From Octopus vulgaris (Eukaryota), in the NCBI GenBank assembly GCA_951406725.2, contig OX597824.1:33666001-33730000 (forward strand): a stretch of DNA of 64,000 nt, given 5' to 3'. This document shows positions 1-13,323 of the stretch, one piece after another. Made by a program: the position numbers and the translations under genes. Each line of letters begins with the position of its first letter. Within the stretch, counting starts at the first letter, position 1. The notes under the pieces were generated by a model that did no database searches, was not told the DNA's origin, and was given only the letters and a program-made list of their open reading frames with translations.

Positions 1-271
1 TTTTTGTGGGAAGGGAGCCAGTTGATTAGATTGACCCCAGTACACAACTGGTACTTAATTCATCGACCCCGAAAGGACGAAAGGTAAAGTCGACCTCAGC
101 AGAATTTGAACTCAGAACGTAAAGACAGACGCTCATAATATGCAAACATTTCTCATGGCACCAGTACACTGTTTACAAATGCTTACATTTTTTTGTTTTC
201 CGTGAATTTTTCACAGGTCCAGCTAGTTGTTGCTGTTGTTATTATTATTATTATTATTATTATCATTATTA

Positions 272-321
<50 letters not shown>

Positions 322-604
322 GTTATTGAGTTTATCGAAAGGTAGGTAAAACTTGCGAAAATGGCAAGAGTGGATGGTACCTCTCTCAGTGTAGACTTGT
401 AAGTTGGAGAGAAGGAAATTGGAGAGAGCACTTGCTCTTGGACACTTGCTCAGGGAAATTTCGGACTGTGGGATTCCTTGATTATCCCTATAAGTAATCC
501 TGTATCAGGAGGGCTACATCTCTATCAGCCTCCACCCACTTTTTATTTAAACCTCTGTATAGTATGTATGTGTCCCTTCCTTTTCAATGTATGCCGTGTA
601 TACT

Positions 605-1009
605 CTCTCTTTTACTCTTTTACTTGTTTCAGTCATTTGACTGTGGCCATGCTGGAGCACCGCCTTTTAATCGACAACTCGACCCCGGGACTTATTCTTT
701 TGTAAGCCCAGTACTTATTCTATCGGTCTCTTTTGCAGAACCGCTAAGTGACGGGTACGCAAACACACCAGCATCGGTTGTCAAGCAATGCTAGGGGACA
801 AACGCAGACACACAAACACACACACGCATATATATATACATATATACAACGGGCTTCTTTCAGTTTCCGTCTGCCAAATCCACTCACAAGTCTCTGGTCG
901 GCCCGAGGCTATAGTAGAAGACACTTGCTCAGGGTGCCACGCAGTGGGACTGAACCTGGAACCATGTGGTTGGTAGACAAGCTACCTACCACACAGCCAC
1001 TCCTGCGCC
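605..1009 (-). mobile_element. Full-length tRNA-derived SINE (family A) with 15-bp target-site duplication
   Basis: Head GGCGCAGGAGTGGCTGTGTGGTA...GGTTCAGTCCC (A/B boxes), internal TA/CA microsatellite and AAGAGTA tail. TATGCCGTGTATACT is duplicated at 590-604 and 1010-1024. Confidence 0.9.
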
Positions 1010-1139
1010 TATGCCGTGTATACTTACCTTTTTCTTTTTTTTTTATTTCATTATATGTAAATCCCCACACTTTATATCTGTCTTTGTATTGTCGCCCTCA
1101 TTCTTCACCCTTGTGGCAAATAAATGAAATCATTATTAT

Positions 1140-2900
1140 CATTACTATCTTCTCTTTATCACAGGTTTTGTTGCTGCTTCTGGACTTTTGCATGCGTAGC
1201 AAGCTTACTACCTGCAGTTTACGGTACCAAGCCATTTGTTCTTTTCAACTATCTAATACTTTCCTGATTATTTTGGCCGTGCCAAGGAGGCAAACCTTTC
1301 GTAACAGTTCTACTGAGCACTCTATTCCAATTTCCTTTACATTCCTTTTGATGCCTTCTGATACTGTTCCTAAAGACTCAACAATAATTGGCACTATCTT
1401 CACTTTCTTCATTTCCCACAGCCGGGCTATTCCGTACTTAAGTGAGTTGTATCTATCTTTCTTTTTATCTTCTTTCTTGACTATTCGTTGGTTAAAGGAG
1501 CATGCAACATCAACTATATAGCATATGTGATGCACCTTGTCCCCCACCACTATTTCCGGTCTGTTATGCTCTACCACCTGACCTATTTGTATTGGGAAAT
1601 CCCAGAGGATTTTATTAGTGTCCGACTCCGCCACTCTCTGCGGTTTGTTCTCAAACCACGTGTTACCTCTCTTTAGTCCCCACTTTTCGCACTGTTTCCA
1701 ATGTAGCACTTTCGCTAACTGGTCGTGTCTCCACAACTTGTGGTTTTGGGCAAGTCTAGGGTATTCATCCGTGATATGGGCAATGGTTTCATCCACTCTA
1801 TTACAGATGTGGCACAGCGGAGACACATGCTCATTCCTACGGTTGACCCTCCAGTTCATGGGTAGAGCTTTGTCCTGCGCTACCAGTATAGTGCTCCCGG
1901 TCTCTTTTTTTAGTGTTCCTTTCATCAGCCAATCCCACCTATTTTTTCCAGTAACTAAATGGAATTGATTGTGTAGTTCCTTGTTGCGTAATTCTTCTTC
2001 GTGCCCTTTTTGTACTTCTTACTTCGTTTTCCGTTTTTTCTCTGATTTCAGTACTCCTTCTTTCCTAACTGACACTAGCAAGGTTTCCTTGCTTTGGGCT
2101 AGGTATCTCATTAAGCTCTCGAGTTTGATACGCACACAGTCTTCCACGCTTTCTTCCATTTGCCCTCTTCATATATAGGCGATCAGTGTCTGCACGTGGA
2201 TGATGGGTTCCATGCATCGTTACGAGCTTTCTTGAATTCCTGTGCATCTCCTTTAGACCCTCCTCTGTCCAATTTAGGATTTCAGCACCCTAGCGAATTA
2301 CTGCCACTGCGCGCAAGCTAATTGCCGAAATTATGATTCTGGCATTCAGATTTGAAGCCAATATTTTTCTCACTTGACACAGGTACTCCTTTTGTCTTTT
2401 CCTTCATGTCATGGCGTTTGATTTCATCTGCCTCAAATAATCCCATGTGTTTATAACTGGATTGAGGTTGAATTAACTTCATCATCTAACCACTTGGCAG
2501 CGATATGCCTTCTGCTCTGGCAAGGCTTCCTCGTCTCATCACCATCGTAGCACACTTTGAAAGTCCAAACTCCATCGTAATATCATTGAAGGAAATCCGC
2601 ACAGACTGGACTAAGCTGTCCAGTTCTGCCCCAGTTTTTATGAATGGCTTCAGGTCGTCCATGAATAGCTAGTGGTTTAGTTTTCTCTTACATATTCCCA
2701 GACCATACCCCAACTTTATTTTCTGTAGTATTTCACTCAAGGGGATCATTCCCAGTACGAATATAAGTGAGATTCCTCTCTTGATTTTCACCTCCTCTAG
2801 TACTTGCTTCCCTGCTGTTAATTCCGTTCTCCAGCATTTCATATTCTCTGCTACTCCATACATTTCCACTGTTCTTATTATCCAGGATTGTGGTGTCGTA
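1140..2900 (-). mobile_element. Decayed RLE-type non-LTR retrotransposon (R4/Dong-like), RT C-terminus and endonuclease
   Basis: ORF 1245-1925 has CHIC..AHI..RHD..HW, ILWDF, NRPEIV and IVDVACSF (CCHC plus PD-(D/E)xK). RT remnants (LFMDDLK, YKHMG) lie upstream with stops and frameshifts. Confidence 0.88.
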
Positions 2901-2909
2901 TCGTATTAT

Positions 2910-3503
2910 TATTATTTGTATTATGAAAGCCTCTCACTTCTTAATTACCGATTATTCTTTACTTGAAAGCAGACAACAACAAATTACCAAAGGTTTCAAA
3001 TAACGCCTTCTCCTGTAACTCAGAGAGATAATACTCTCTTTAAAATGCGAATTGTACCCAATAATGCCGTCTTCTGGATCATCTCGAGCCTGACAACAGC
3101 TCCAATATTCTTAATATGTTTTTTCAAAGCCCTTGAAAACTGCTCCTAATGCTCCAATTACTACCGGTATCACCATTACTTTCCTCATGCCCCATAACTT
3201 ACCCATCTCATCCTGCAGTGGCGGGTATTTTTCAATCTTTTCTGTTTCCTTACATTTTACTCTCCAATCACCTGGTATTGCAACATTTATTAACTTTACT
3301 TCTTTTTCATCTTTATGGATGATCACGATATCTGGTCGTCTCGCCTCTGTGACTCGGTCGCACTGCATGTTAAAATCCCAGAGTATTTTGTACTATTCAT
3401 TTTCCATTATTCCCTCTGGCTTGTGTTCATACCATTGTTTAGTTCTCTCGAGGTTTGCTTTACCGCACAACAGCCAGTGGACATATCTGACCACATTTCT
3501 TCA

Positions 3504-3562
<59 letters not shown>

Positions 3563-3808
3563 TTCTTAAATTGTATTATATCTACGGCTTTGTTTACTTT
3601 TAAGGTTCCCTGCATATTCACTGTTTCAATCATTTCTTCTTTACTCTCCTTGACATACCAAGCCAGGCTATTTTCCTCTTCCCTTACACAACTTTCATAA
3701 CACACTGATCCCCGTCCTCCTTCCCTCCTCTTTACATACAATCTTGATACGTCACTCTTGGGGTGTAGTTCCTTGTTCCTTGTCATTAGTTTACGCATTT
3801 TTTAGTCT
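2910..3808 (-). mobile_element. Second RLE-type LINE 3' fragment with internal deletion and (GA)n
   Basis: ORFs 3460-3798 (LHPKSDVSRLYVKRREGGRG) and 3111-3368 (RRPDIVII..VIPVVIGALG); ends next to (TAA)n. Confidence 0.82.
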
Positions 3809-3809
3809 A

Positions 3810-4900
3810 TGTTGACATGTAGAGTATATAACTGATAATAAATTTCAGGACAAACCTTAAATGTTCCATCGCATGCCCAATGCTTATATATTTCTAGATC
3901 ATGCAATCCTGCAGTCGTACCAAAAGTCAACATTCTGCTTCCGTCGTAGAGTAAAAATCTTTCTCTGTTCTGTAAAGAAGGTACATTCTTCGGGAATTAC
4001 ATAGCCGATTCTTGATCTAGGTATAAGAGGGATCTTTTCTTCCTTTGGTCTCCATCTTCTAATGTTTCTTGATAAACTTGAAGTTGATGGCATAAGAGAG
4101 CGAGCATCATCCTCTAATTCCCCACATGCGGCACCAATCAAAGATCTTGAAGCTAACTGCGATTTATGTGCGTTTTCTTTCATATTTGCTACTGCTTCTT
4201 GCATTTGTAGCGTATCTAGGTGATATCCCCACTGTTTGAGAGATTAGAAATGATCTAGTGTCAGATAGCAACCATCTTCGGCTATTTTGACCCTGTTGTG
4301 TCCACTGCTCTGGTTGGCTTACACACTAGGGTCAAAATAACCGAAGATGGTTGCTATCTGTAGTGTGATGGATGAAGAGGACAACAGAAGGAGAAGGAGA
4401 AAGAAATACAAACAGGTCTTACCTCGGCGAAGATCAGAGGTCTCTTACAAATTCGACACGTCCTGTCGCTTCCTCGTCTATGCTCGAACTGCCCGCTTCC
4501 TCGATCGCTACACGTGCGTCCCGCTTGACCGCTTCCGCTTCCCTCGTACATGCGCCCTCCAGTGTTCCACGGCACCTGCAAGCCCTACTTCCGCCCACCT
4601 CATCTGTCGTCCTCTCCACCGACACCACAAGCTCCCATAACACCGACTGCCAACACCACACTATCTATCTCTCAAACAGTGGGGATATCACCTAGCTACG
4701 CTACACATTTTAGTTGGCTAGAATTCGATGGATGTGTACGCTCACTTACAGTTTTACAAATAGAAATTACTTCACTATTCAGTTTTGTATGAACTCTTCA
4801 ACACAATTCCAATAGACATTACCTCCATATTTTCTTTCTTGCCTATAAATAAAGCTAGAGTCGTCTATGAGCTTATCACAACCTCTGCTGCTTTTAATAG
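3810..4900 (-). mobile_element. FLYWCH-MULE (Mutator-like) transposase relic, interrupted at 4206-4705
   Basis: Minus-strand translation gives HWACDGTFKVCPEIYYQLYTLHV (about 3812-3885, first catalytic D motif of MULE), FIYRQE..VYWNC (about 4800-4855), and THPSNSSQLK|MQEAVANMK across the insertion site. Confidence 0.8.
4206..4705. mobile_element. 500-bp non-autonomous element with TGT...ACA termini, about 40-bp TIRs and 4-bp TSD (Ginger-like, or unusual solo LTR)
   Basis: TGTAGCGTA(T/G)CTAGGTGATATCCCCACTGTTTGAGAGAT at both ends in inverted orientation; CATT at 4202-4205 and 4706-4709. Confidence 0.8.
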
Positions 4901-5347
4901 TGTACGGCATCGTAAGGGTTTAAGTTTCAACTTTTAAAGAAAAAATAATGTAAGTAATGTAAACGGTCGAGATAACCTCTCAAAACAAATATTTCGCTTT
5001 TGAATTTTCAAAATAAGCTTGTTATTTTTAAACAAACGTTAAACGATCTTTCTGCTTTCAAATTCTCATTTCAGCAATTAACGATGCAGCTTCAAATTTA
5101 AACGACCTTTCTGTTATTAAATTATCATTTCAGCAATTACCGAAAAGGACTGCTATAAATACTATTCCTTTATCTGCATTATTTAATTAACGACGCAATT
5201 TCAAGTTTCTAAGCTTTACAGCAAAATGTCCTTACAGCGAATAATCCTACGGCGAATTGGTTTACTGGAAATTGTACGGTCACCTTTTCCCATGCCTTGG
5301 GTATGGCAGTCTAATCTGGGATTTTTGTGTGGGGTTTATCCCGAATT

Positions 5348-5583
5348 ACCTATTTCTTTACTACCCACAAGGGGCCAAACACAGAAGGGACAAACAAGGA
5401 CAGACAAACGGATTAAGTCGATTAGATCGACCCCAGTGCGTAACTGGTACTTATTTAATCGACCCCGAAAGGATGAAAGGCAAAGTCGACCTCGGCGGAA
5501 TTTGAACTCAGAACATAACAACAGACGAAATACTGCGAAGCAGTTCGCTCGGCGTGCTAATGTTTCTGCCAGCTCGCCGCCTT
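5348..5583 (-). mobile_element. tRNA-derived SINE family B
   Basis: Reverse complement of AAGGCGGCGAGCTGGCAGAA...GAGTTCAAATTCCGCCGAGGTCGACTTTGCCTTTCATCCTTTCGGGGTCG, seen many times in the window (e.g. 6245-6480, 13720-13925). Confidence 0.85.
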
Positions 5584-5836
5584 ACTTGAGCTTTATCCCG
5601 AATTACCCTAAGTGGACTGCCCCCACTATTGGGGATTCTATTTATTTATTTATTTATTTCTCTAATTTTTATTATATATCTTCTGTTATATCCTTTAATG
5701 TGGCAGTATCTCCCTTTGATCGATGTAAACCCTACCTGTTTCTCTATTTTTTGATTCTCTTTTGTTTTTATATGCTTTGATATTGTCCTCCATGTTTTGG
5801 GCCCTTGTGATCAATAAAAGAAATTACTGCTACTAC

Positions 5837-5870
<34 letters not shown>

Positions 5871-6499
5871 TCTTTTTCTGTTTTACCAGTGATATTATCA
5901 TACAATTACGATTTCTCAGGGGGGTTAAACGTAACTTTTGTGTTCACAAAATGTTTATTGAACCTGTCAATGTGTTGCTTTTGTTTAGAACTCTTTCCTA
6001 CGCATACTCTTGCTTACACGCCTCAATTGTTTTGTTCTGTATTCACGGAATTAAATCACTGAGAAGACAAACAATTAAGAGACATGTGATTCCTTTAGCT
6101 GTCTTTCAACTTTGTTTATTTAAACCACTCTTGTAATCGATCATACTAAATGGAATTGATTAGAACAGCTGTTACATTACAATCACTCCAACAGCTGGCC
6201 TTGTTAACAATGAAAGTATCTATCTAATTGCATACCTAATGACTGGGGCGAGCAGGCAGAATCGTTAGCGCGTTGGACACAATGCTTAGCGGTATTACTT
6301 CTTCCACTGTCTTTACATACCGAGTTCAAATTCCGCCGAGGTCAACTTTGCCTTTCATCCTTTCGGGGTCGATTAAACAAGTACCAGTTACGCACTGGCG
6401 TCGATATTATCGACTTAATCCGTTTGTCTGTCCTTGTTTGTCCCCTCTGTGTTCAGCCCCTTGTGGCTAGTAAAGAAATATATTGTGTGCGCATAAATA

Positions 6500-7380
6500 T
6501 ATTGTCACCACACCCACGGACTCACATGTCCATAGTCTACAATGGTGGTACCATTTATTTTAAATGACGTTAATTTGCACACCTGAGCTCTTTTTCGAGG
6601 TGCAACACGAAATAATCCACCCCCACCATCGCCACCGACATAAGCACCTCAAGGCTCAGGACTTAGCCTATAACTTGTCCTAGTTTACAGTTTGTGATAT
6701 AATCTCCTTCACAGAGATCAGGTGAACCCGCCAGCTGTGTTACCATGAGTGACCCATTATACTACACCACATCGAATGCTCTCGACTAAATCGCTTCTCT
6801 CACGTAATTTTCGCGTGCTAACATAAGCACTACAAAACTTTCTTTCATTGCCTTAAATCATAATTTTTAGCGTATAACTAGCTTCCCTTTTACAGACTCC
6901 CCCCTCTCTTACCAATGCGCCGTGCCTCCCTTACCATTCTATTGACTTGCATCTGTTTTCTTTTAGAATCCTCTTATCTTCCTACCGGCTCTTACTGTTG
7001 ATGCCTTCTTTGGCGTTATTACATTAAACTTTATCTCCCTTCTGTCTCTGGTATTCCTCAACTGATATATTCATTACACTAATTCCTGTTTAACCACCCC
7101 ACTCTGTCTCTGTTCCCTTTCTTTTCTCTAATTATTTCCTTACTAGCCCATCCTATTCTCTGCAAACCTTTATATTTATAAACACTGCTACGAAATATAC
7201 ATTTGTCATCTTCTGACAAGGGTAACCTGGCAGACCCACAGGAACTTTTTTTATTATATACATTATGAGTCTTTATTATACAGGAACATGGTTACAGCAT
7301 AAGCCATGGGGCACTCGAAACAGCTGTCAAAATGATACTATTAGATAACTTCTTTCGTTTATTCTTCTCCGTACGCTTTA
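6500..7380 (+). mobile_element. Highly decayed Penelope-like element 3' part with hammerhead relic
   Basis: Pyrimidine-rich non-coding tract ending in a hammerhead-like motif CTGACAA...GAAACAGCTGTC at 7206-7335. The upstream sequence loosely recalls a GIY-YIG C-terminus but has no intact ORF. Confidence 0.45.
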
Positions 7381-7500
7381 CTTTTTTTGGTACTTAATAT
7401 ATCACCCTCTTTACCGAAACCGGTAAACAAAACAACACTCGTTGTCAAGTGGTAGTGAAGACATACACAAATACAGAGACGCTTACATACCCCTCTATGC

Positions 7501-7512
7501 AGACAGACAGAC

Positions 7513-7584
<72 letters not shown>

Positions 7585-7601
7585 GGACGGACGGACGGAC
7601 G

Positions 7602-7632
<31 letters not shown>

Positions 7633-7652
7633 AGATAGACAGACAGACAGAC

Positions 7653-7732
<80 letters not shown>

Positions 7733-7760
7733 TGATTGATTGATTGATTGATTGATAGAT
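7501..7760. repeat. Compound tetranucleotide microsatellite (GACA/GATA/GACG/GATT)
   Basis: Directly visible; explains ORFs 7359-7951. Confidence 0.97.
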
Positions 7761-9036
7761 ACGACGGGTTTCCATGATTTCTGTTTTTCAAATCTATTCT
7801 TTGGGTATTGACCAATCCAGGGTACTTCCCCAAAGTACCACGCAATGAGATTGAACTTGAAGCCATGTAGTTGCAAAGCGAGCTTCTTAACCACACGGCC
7901 TGATTTAGAAGTTGATATTATCACGTGACCACACTCAAAGTCATGAGGCAACGTAAGTGCCTCTCTAAAACAATTATCCGTTGATAATCAAAACCAGTTT
8001 GGAATGATTTCTGTATGAAAGGCTTAATGAACTATATAGAACATAAACAGGAAATCTAGCAAGAATTATCAATACAGTTTAATCCGTTCCTCAATTTCGC
8101 CAGACAATGACACGGTTTAATGAAGATTAGTTTGTCAGTCTGAAGCAGAGAAATAATAATTAACCCAATATTAATTTCCTTTTAGTATGTGAAAAATCGC
8201 CATTGCTATTGTAAGTCCCGGGAGTAATATAATATACTAGAGTAATATAATATGTTAGAGTTATAGTAACTCCCTTGTATATAATAATGCACGTTATGTA
8301 AGATATATAAGACACATCATCGTTGTTGCACAGTTCAATGTAGTTAGTGTGTGCACCAAAACTTGAAATAAAAGGCATTGCATAAATGAACTAAAAATAA
8401 AAAAAAAAGAAACAACGAGAGAAAGGAAAGAACAAGTGTTATATTTCAGCGGAAGATATGTAAGGGGAAAAACACTTAAAGAGGTGTGGAGGGAAAAGGA
8501 TAGAAAATAGAGGGGAGAGAAAGGAGTAAGTAAAAGAAAATGAGAGAATTTTATAGCATTATTTATTCGGCCTTATACATAATTCAGTGACTATTTTTTG
8601 TCTGAGAGAACACGAGACTTAGGTTGTACCAGAGTTGTGACGTGGCTCTATCCTGATCCAATGCTTCGTCTTTTGAACTTTCAGTTGAAATTTCTTATAC
8701 TCTAAGACTACATATATTTATATGGACTGAATTTATTAAAACGATAATAAACTGATTATTGAGTTGACCTTTAGATAAAAATATAACGGAGATTATTTAC
8801 GATTAGTTTTACTGTTTCGAAATATCCAGTAATGTTCATTTAAATTTCATTTTTAAATTTAAGTGCAGTAGTGACTGGGTGGTAAGAAGCTTGCTTCCCA
8901 ACCACACGGTTACAGGTTCAGTCCCACTGCTTGGTAACTTGGACAAGTGTCTTTTACTATAACCTTGGGCCAACAAAAGCCTTGTGAGTGGACTTGATTC
9001 ACTGAGACTGAAAGAAGCCTGTCATATATATTTATA

Positions 9037-10231
9037 CAGGTGTTGGACACAATAATGGAAACACCTACCATCATAATTTTGAAATATCTATAAAACCGTC
9101 TAAAGCTTGTTTATTTTTATTATTTTTATGCTTTTTGATTTATTATTAGTATTGCTTAATATGTTTTGCTAAAATTGCTGGGGTTTTTTTTTTCAGATAT
9201 CATCAGAAAGAGGAAATTAAAATTCATTAAAATGACAGATCTATCGGACTTTCAAAGGGGGCAAATTGTTGGTGCTCGTATGGCAGGCGTTAGCGTAACA
9301 AAAACAGCTGAAATGTTTGGTGTATCAAGAAGTACTGTCTCAAAAGTAATGAAAGCCTTTCAGAAAGAGGGAAATACCTCCTCATCGAAGCAAAACTCCG
9401 GAAGAAAACCAAAACTTTCAGATAGGGACCGTCGGACTCTTACGCGAATTGTTAGAAATTATTGCAGAGCTTAATGACTACCACAAGAACCCAGTTTCAA
9501 CAAAAACTGTTCGCCGGGAGCTGTACAAAACCAGATTTCACGGGAGGGCTGCAATCAGAAAACCACTACTTACAAAAACAAACGTTGCAAAGCATTTAGA
9601 GTGGAAAAAAAGCCTACAGAATTGGTCCCTAGAGCAGTGGAAGAATGTTATTTTCTCGGACGAGTCATCCTTTACCTTGTTTCCGACCACTGGCTGAGTA
9701 TACGTATGGAGACAGCCAAAAAGAAGCATTTGACCCAGACTGCCTTCTTCCAACTGTTAAACATGGGGTGCTATATCTTGGAAATCCGCCGGCCCAATTT
9801 AAGCATTTTATCAGATCAAATTCATCCTATGGTTGTGGAACTGTTTCCGGAGAGAAACGCAATCTTTCGGGATGATAATACACCAATTCACACAGCTAAA
9901 GTTGTTACTGAATGGCACGAGGAACATTCTAGTGAAGTTGAGCATCTCATCTGGCCACCACAGTCCTCAGGTCTCAATATTATTGAACATTTATGATGCA
10001 TTTTAGAAAAACAAGTAAGGAGTTGATATCATCCATCGTCATCACTACAAGAACTGGAGACTGTTTTAGCTGAAGAATGGACAAAAATTCCTTTGGAAAC
10101 AATTCAAACTTTGTACGAGTCCATACCTCATAGAATTCAAGCTGTAATTACTGCCAAAGGTGATCCTACCCAATATTAAAATAAATTTGCTTGAAATCTT
10201 AAGGTGTTTCCATTATTTTATCCAACCGCTG
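9037..10231 (+). mobile_element. Tc1-family DNA transposon, near full length, frameshifted transposase
   Basis: TIRs CAGGTGTTGGACACAATAATGGAAACACCT / AGGTGTTTCCATTATTTTATCCAACCGCTG flanked by TA. ATG 9232 MTDLSDFQRGQIVG (HTH), GRKPKLS, VIFSDES, FRDDN, WPPQSSGLNIIE. Confidence 0.93.
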
Positions 10232-10286
10232 TAGATATATAACTTACTGTAAATAAATGCCAGGGTGCGTTGCATTTATGAGTGTG

Positions 10287-10336
<50 letters not shown>

Positions 10337-10340
10337 TTAT

Positions 10341-10386
<46 letters not shown>

Positions 10387-10825
10387 TGTATGTGTGTATG
10401 ATAAGAAGTTTGTTTCCCAACCGCACAGTTCCGGGTTCAGTCCCACAGCGCGGTACCTTGGACAGATGTCTACTACTATAGCCTCAAGCTGACCAAAAAC
10501 TTGTGAGTGGATTTGGTAGATGTATATATATATATGTGTGTATGTCTTTGTGTCTGTGTTTATCCCTCCATTTACCGCTTGACAACCGGCGTTGGTGTAT
10601 TTGTATCCCCCATAAATATGCGATCCAACAAAAAAAAAAAACGATAGAATAAGTAGCAGGCTTAGAAAATAATAAGTACTGGGATCGATTCTTCAAGGCA
10701 TGGCTGCAGTCTGATGACTAAAACAAATAAAAGATTAAAGATGTCTCAGGTTAAACATCAACATATTATTTTCATTAAAATATTTTAACTCCACAAATTG
10801 ATTTACCTGTTAACAAAACATTTAT

Positions 10826-11231
10826 AGCGCAGGAGTGGCTGTGTGGTAAGTAACTTGCTTAACAACCACATGGTTCCGGATTCAGTCCCACTACGTGGCA
10901 CCTTGGGCAAGTGTCTTCTACTATAGCCTCGGGCCGACCAAAGCCTTGTGAGTGGATTTGGTAGACGGAAACTGAAAGAAGCCTGTCGTATATATGTATA
11001 TGTATGTGTGTGTTTGTGTGTCTGTGTTTGTCTCCCTAGCATTGCTTGACAACAGATGCTGGTGTGTTTACGTCCCCGTCACTTAGCGGTTCGGCAAAAG
11101 AGACTGATAGAATAAGTACTGGGCTTACAAAGAATAAGTCCCGGGGTCGATTTGCTCAACTAAAGGTGGTGCTCCAGCATGGCCGCAGTCAAAAGACTGA
11201 AACAAGTAAAAGAGTAAAAGAGTAAAGAGTA
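10826..11231 (+). mobile_element. Full-length SINE family A
   Basis: Same head, body and (AAGAGTA)n tail as 605-1009. Further copies at about 10400-10740, 12320-12768(-), 17150-17540(-), 25965-26700, 34185-34445(-), 49052-49400(-), 52628-52935(-) and 55990-56198(-). Confidence 0.9.
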
Positions 11232-12166
11232 TTTACAACTCTTGGTATGATCTTCTTCGTCATTGCTGAAAATTACTCTTATTCAGTAACCCACAACGCA
11301 AGAAAAATTGGAAAAGTTCTCCTATTTTCCTCATGTTTTCCTCGTATTCTGAATCACTAAACCAGTTACTCTCTTTTCTCTCTTTTACTTGTTTCAGTCA
11401 TTTGAATGTGGCCATGCTGGAGCACCGCCTTTAGTCGAGCAAATCAACCCCAGGACTTATTCTTTGTAAGCCTAGTACTTATTCTAACGGTCTCTTTTGC
11501 CGAACTGCTAAGTTCACAACTTTTTAAATACCCGGACCAGGTCCAAAGTCTGGAATTTTTGGTGGTCAGCACCAAAATAAGTAAAGCAATTAAACAAGAA
11601 TTTGTCATATTTATAGCAGGAATTCTGTCGGGTCTCGCCGGAAGGATGCTTGCCTGAAGGCCGTATATATCCCTGGGAGTTGCGGCTGAGAACCGCTGCA
11701 CTTTACTCTAAGCTGATAAATATGAAACGACATACATAAGAATGTGGCGGGAGGATGCATGATACTGCAAATTTTCATGGCATTCAATGTCAAATGTCAA
11801 AGCATCATCATTTCAAAAGGCCATTTATGCCCTATATCTGAAGCACACCTAATTTTTTATAGTTTACAATTTAACAGTGAAAAATATTCTTTTGTGTCTC
11901 GGGAGCGTCATTTTCTTTTTGTGCCTTATAATGTAACACACTCACCGGTAAAATTTCCACTTTTTCCTTATTTTTTACATTATAAGGCACAAAAAGAAAA
12001 TGACTCACCACAGACATAACAGAATATGCTTCAACACACAAAAACGAAATGTGAAAAATATATTTTGTGAAAAACACGATCTTTTAAAAGTGGAATTGAC
12101 ACACTGTGTTTGATGTCATGAATCTCTTTTTAAGGTGAAAATATTTTTTAAAAAGTGAAAACGATA

Positions 12167-12319
12167 TACCGTGTTTGATGGTATTAAAGATGCACCCAAA
12201 TTTCAACAGAGCATATTCAGGGAAAAAAGGGGGGATTTACTGCATTAAAGCATGTAACATAGGCCCAACTTTATAGTTAGAAGCTAGGGTGAAAGGGCGT
12301 CTTATACGCCATCAAATAC
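12167..12319. mobile_element. Short MITE (pogo/Tc1-type termini)
   Basis: Imperfect TIRs ACCGTGTTTGATGGTATTAAAGATGCACCC / GGGCGTCTTATACGCCATCAAATAC; the right end abuts a SINE tail. Confidence 0.5.
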
Positions 12320-12542
12320 TCTCTTTACTCTTTTACTCTTTTACTCTTTTACTTGTTTCAGTCTTTTGACTGCGGCCATGCTGGAGCACCGCCTTTAGTC
12401 GAGCAAATCGACCCCAGGACTTATTCTTTGTAAGCCCGGTACTTATTCTATCAGTCTCTTTTGCCGAACCGCTAAGTGACGGGGACGTAAACACACCAGC
12501 ATCGGTTGTCAAGCAATGCTAGGGGGACAGACACACACACAT

Positions 12543-12604
<62 letters not shown>

Positions 12605-13066
12605 TACGACAGGCTTCTTTCAGTTTCCGTCTACCAAATCCACTCACAAGGCATTGGTCGACCCGGGGCTATAGCAGAAGACACTTGCCCAAGATGCCAC
12701 GCAGTGGGACTGAACCCGGAACCATGTGGTTGTTTAGCAAGCTACTTACCACACAGCCACTCCTGCGCTTTGGTTTCTCTTTTCTTTCTGCTTTTTTTTA
12801 AAAAATTTTTTTGTACTTTCAACGTGTCTCAAAAATGTTACCTTGCAAACTGTTGAAACAGCACCGTTTAACTTCGTTCATGAATTGTGCTGATTAAAAA
12901 CAGAAAATAAATCTCTACTAATTTTTCATGAATCCTCCCTCAATGAAATCAACTTTTTAACCGTTACGTTTTTTCTATGACAAAAGTCAAATATTGAACA
13001 GTTATCAGCAAATGTTTGATTTCTGTTCTGTTGGAAGTAATTCGTGTGACACTGTTTCTGCTGATG

Positions 13067-13323
13067 TTCTTCTTCTTCTTCTTCTTCTTCTTCTTCTTCC
13101 TCCTTCTTCTTCTTCCTCCTCTTCATCTTCTTCTTCTTCTTCTTCCTCCTCCTTCTTCTTCCTCCTCTTCATCTTCCTCCTCCTCCTCCTCCTTCTTCTT
13201 TTTCTTCTTCCTCCTCCTCTTTCTTCTTCGTCTTCTTCTTTTTCTTCTTCTTCTTCTTCTTCTCCTCCTTCTCCTTCTTCTTCTTCTTCTTCTTCTTCTT
13301 CTTCTTCTTCTTCTTCTTCTTCC
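13067..13323. repeat. (CTT/CCT)n microsatellite
   Basis: Directly visible; explains ORFs 12926-13434. Confidence 0.97.

Noticed and set aside
748-1521. 257-aa plus-strand ORF
   Set aside because: It reads through a SINE and the antisense strand of a LINE; no protein motifs.
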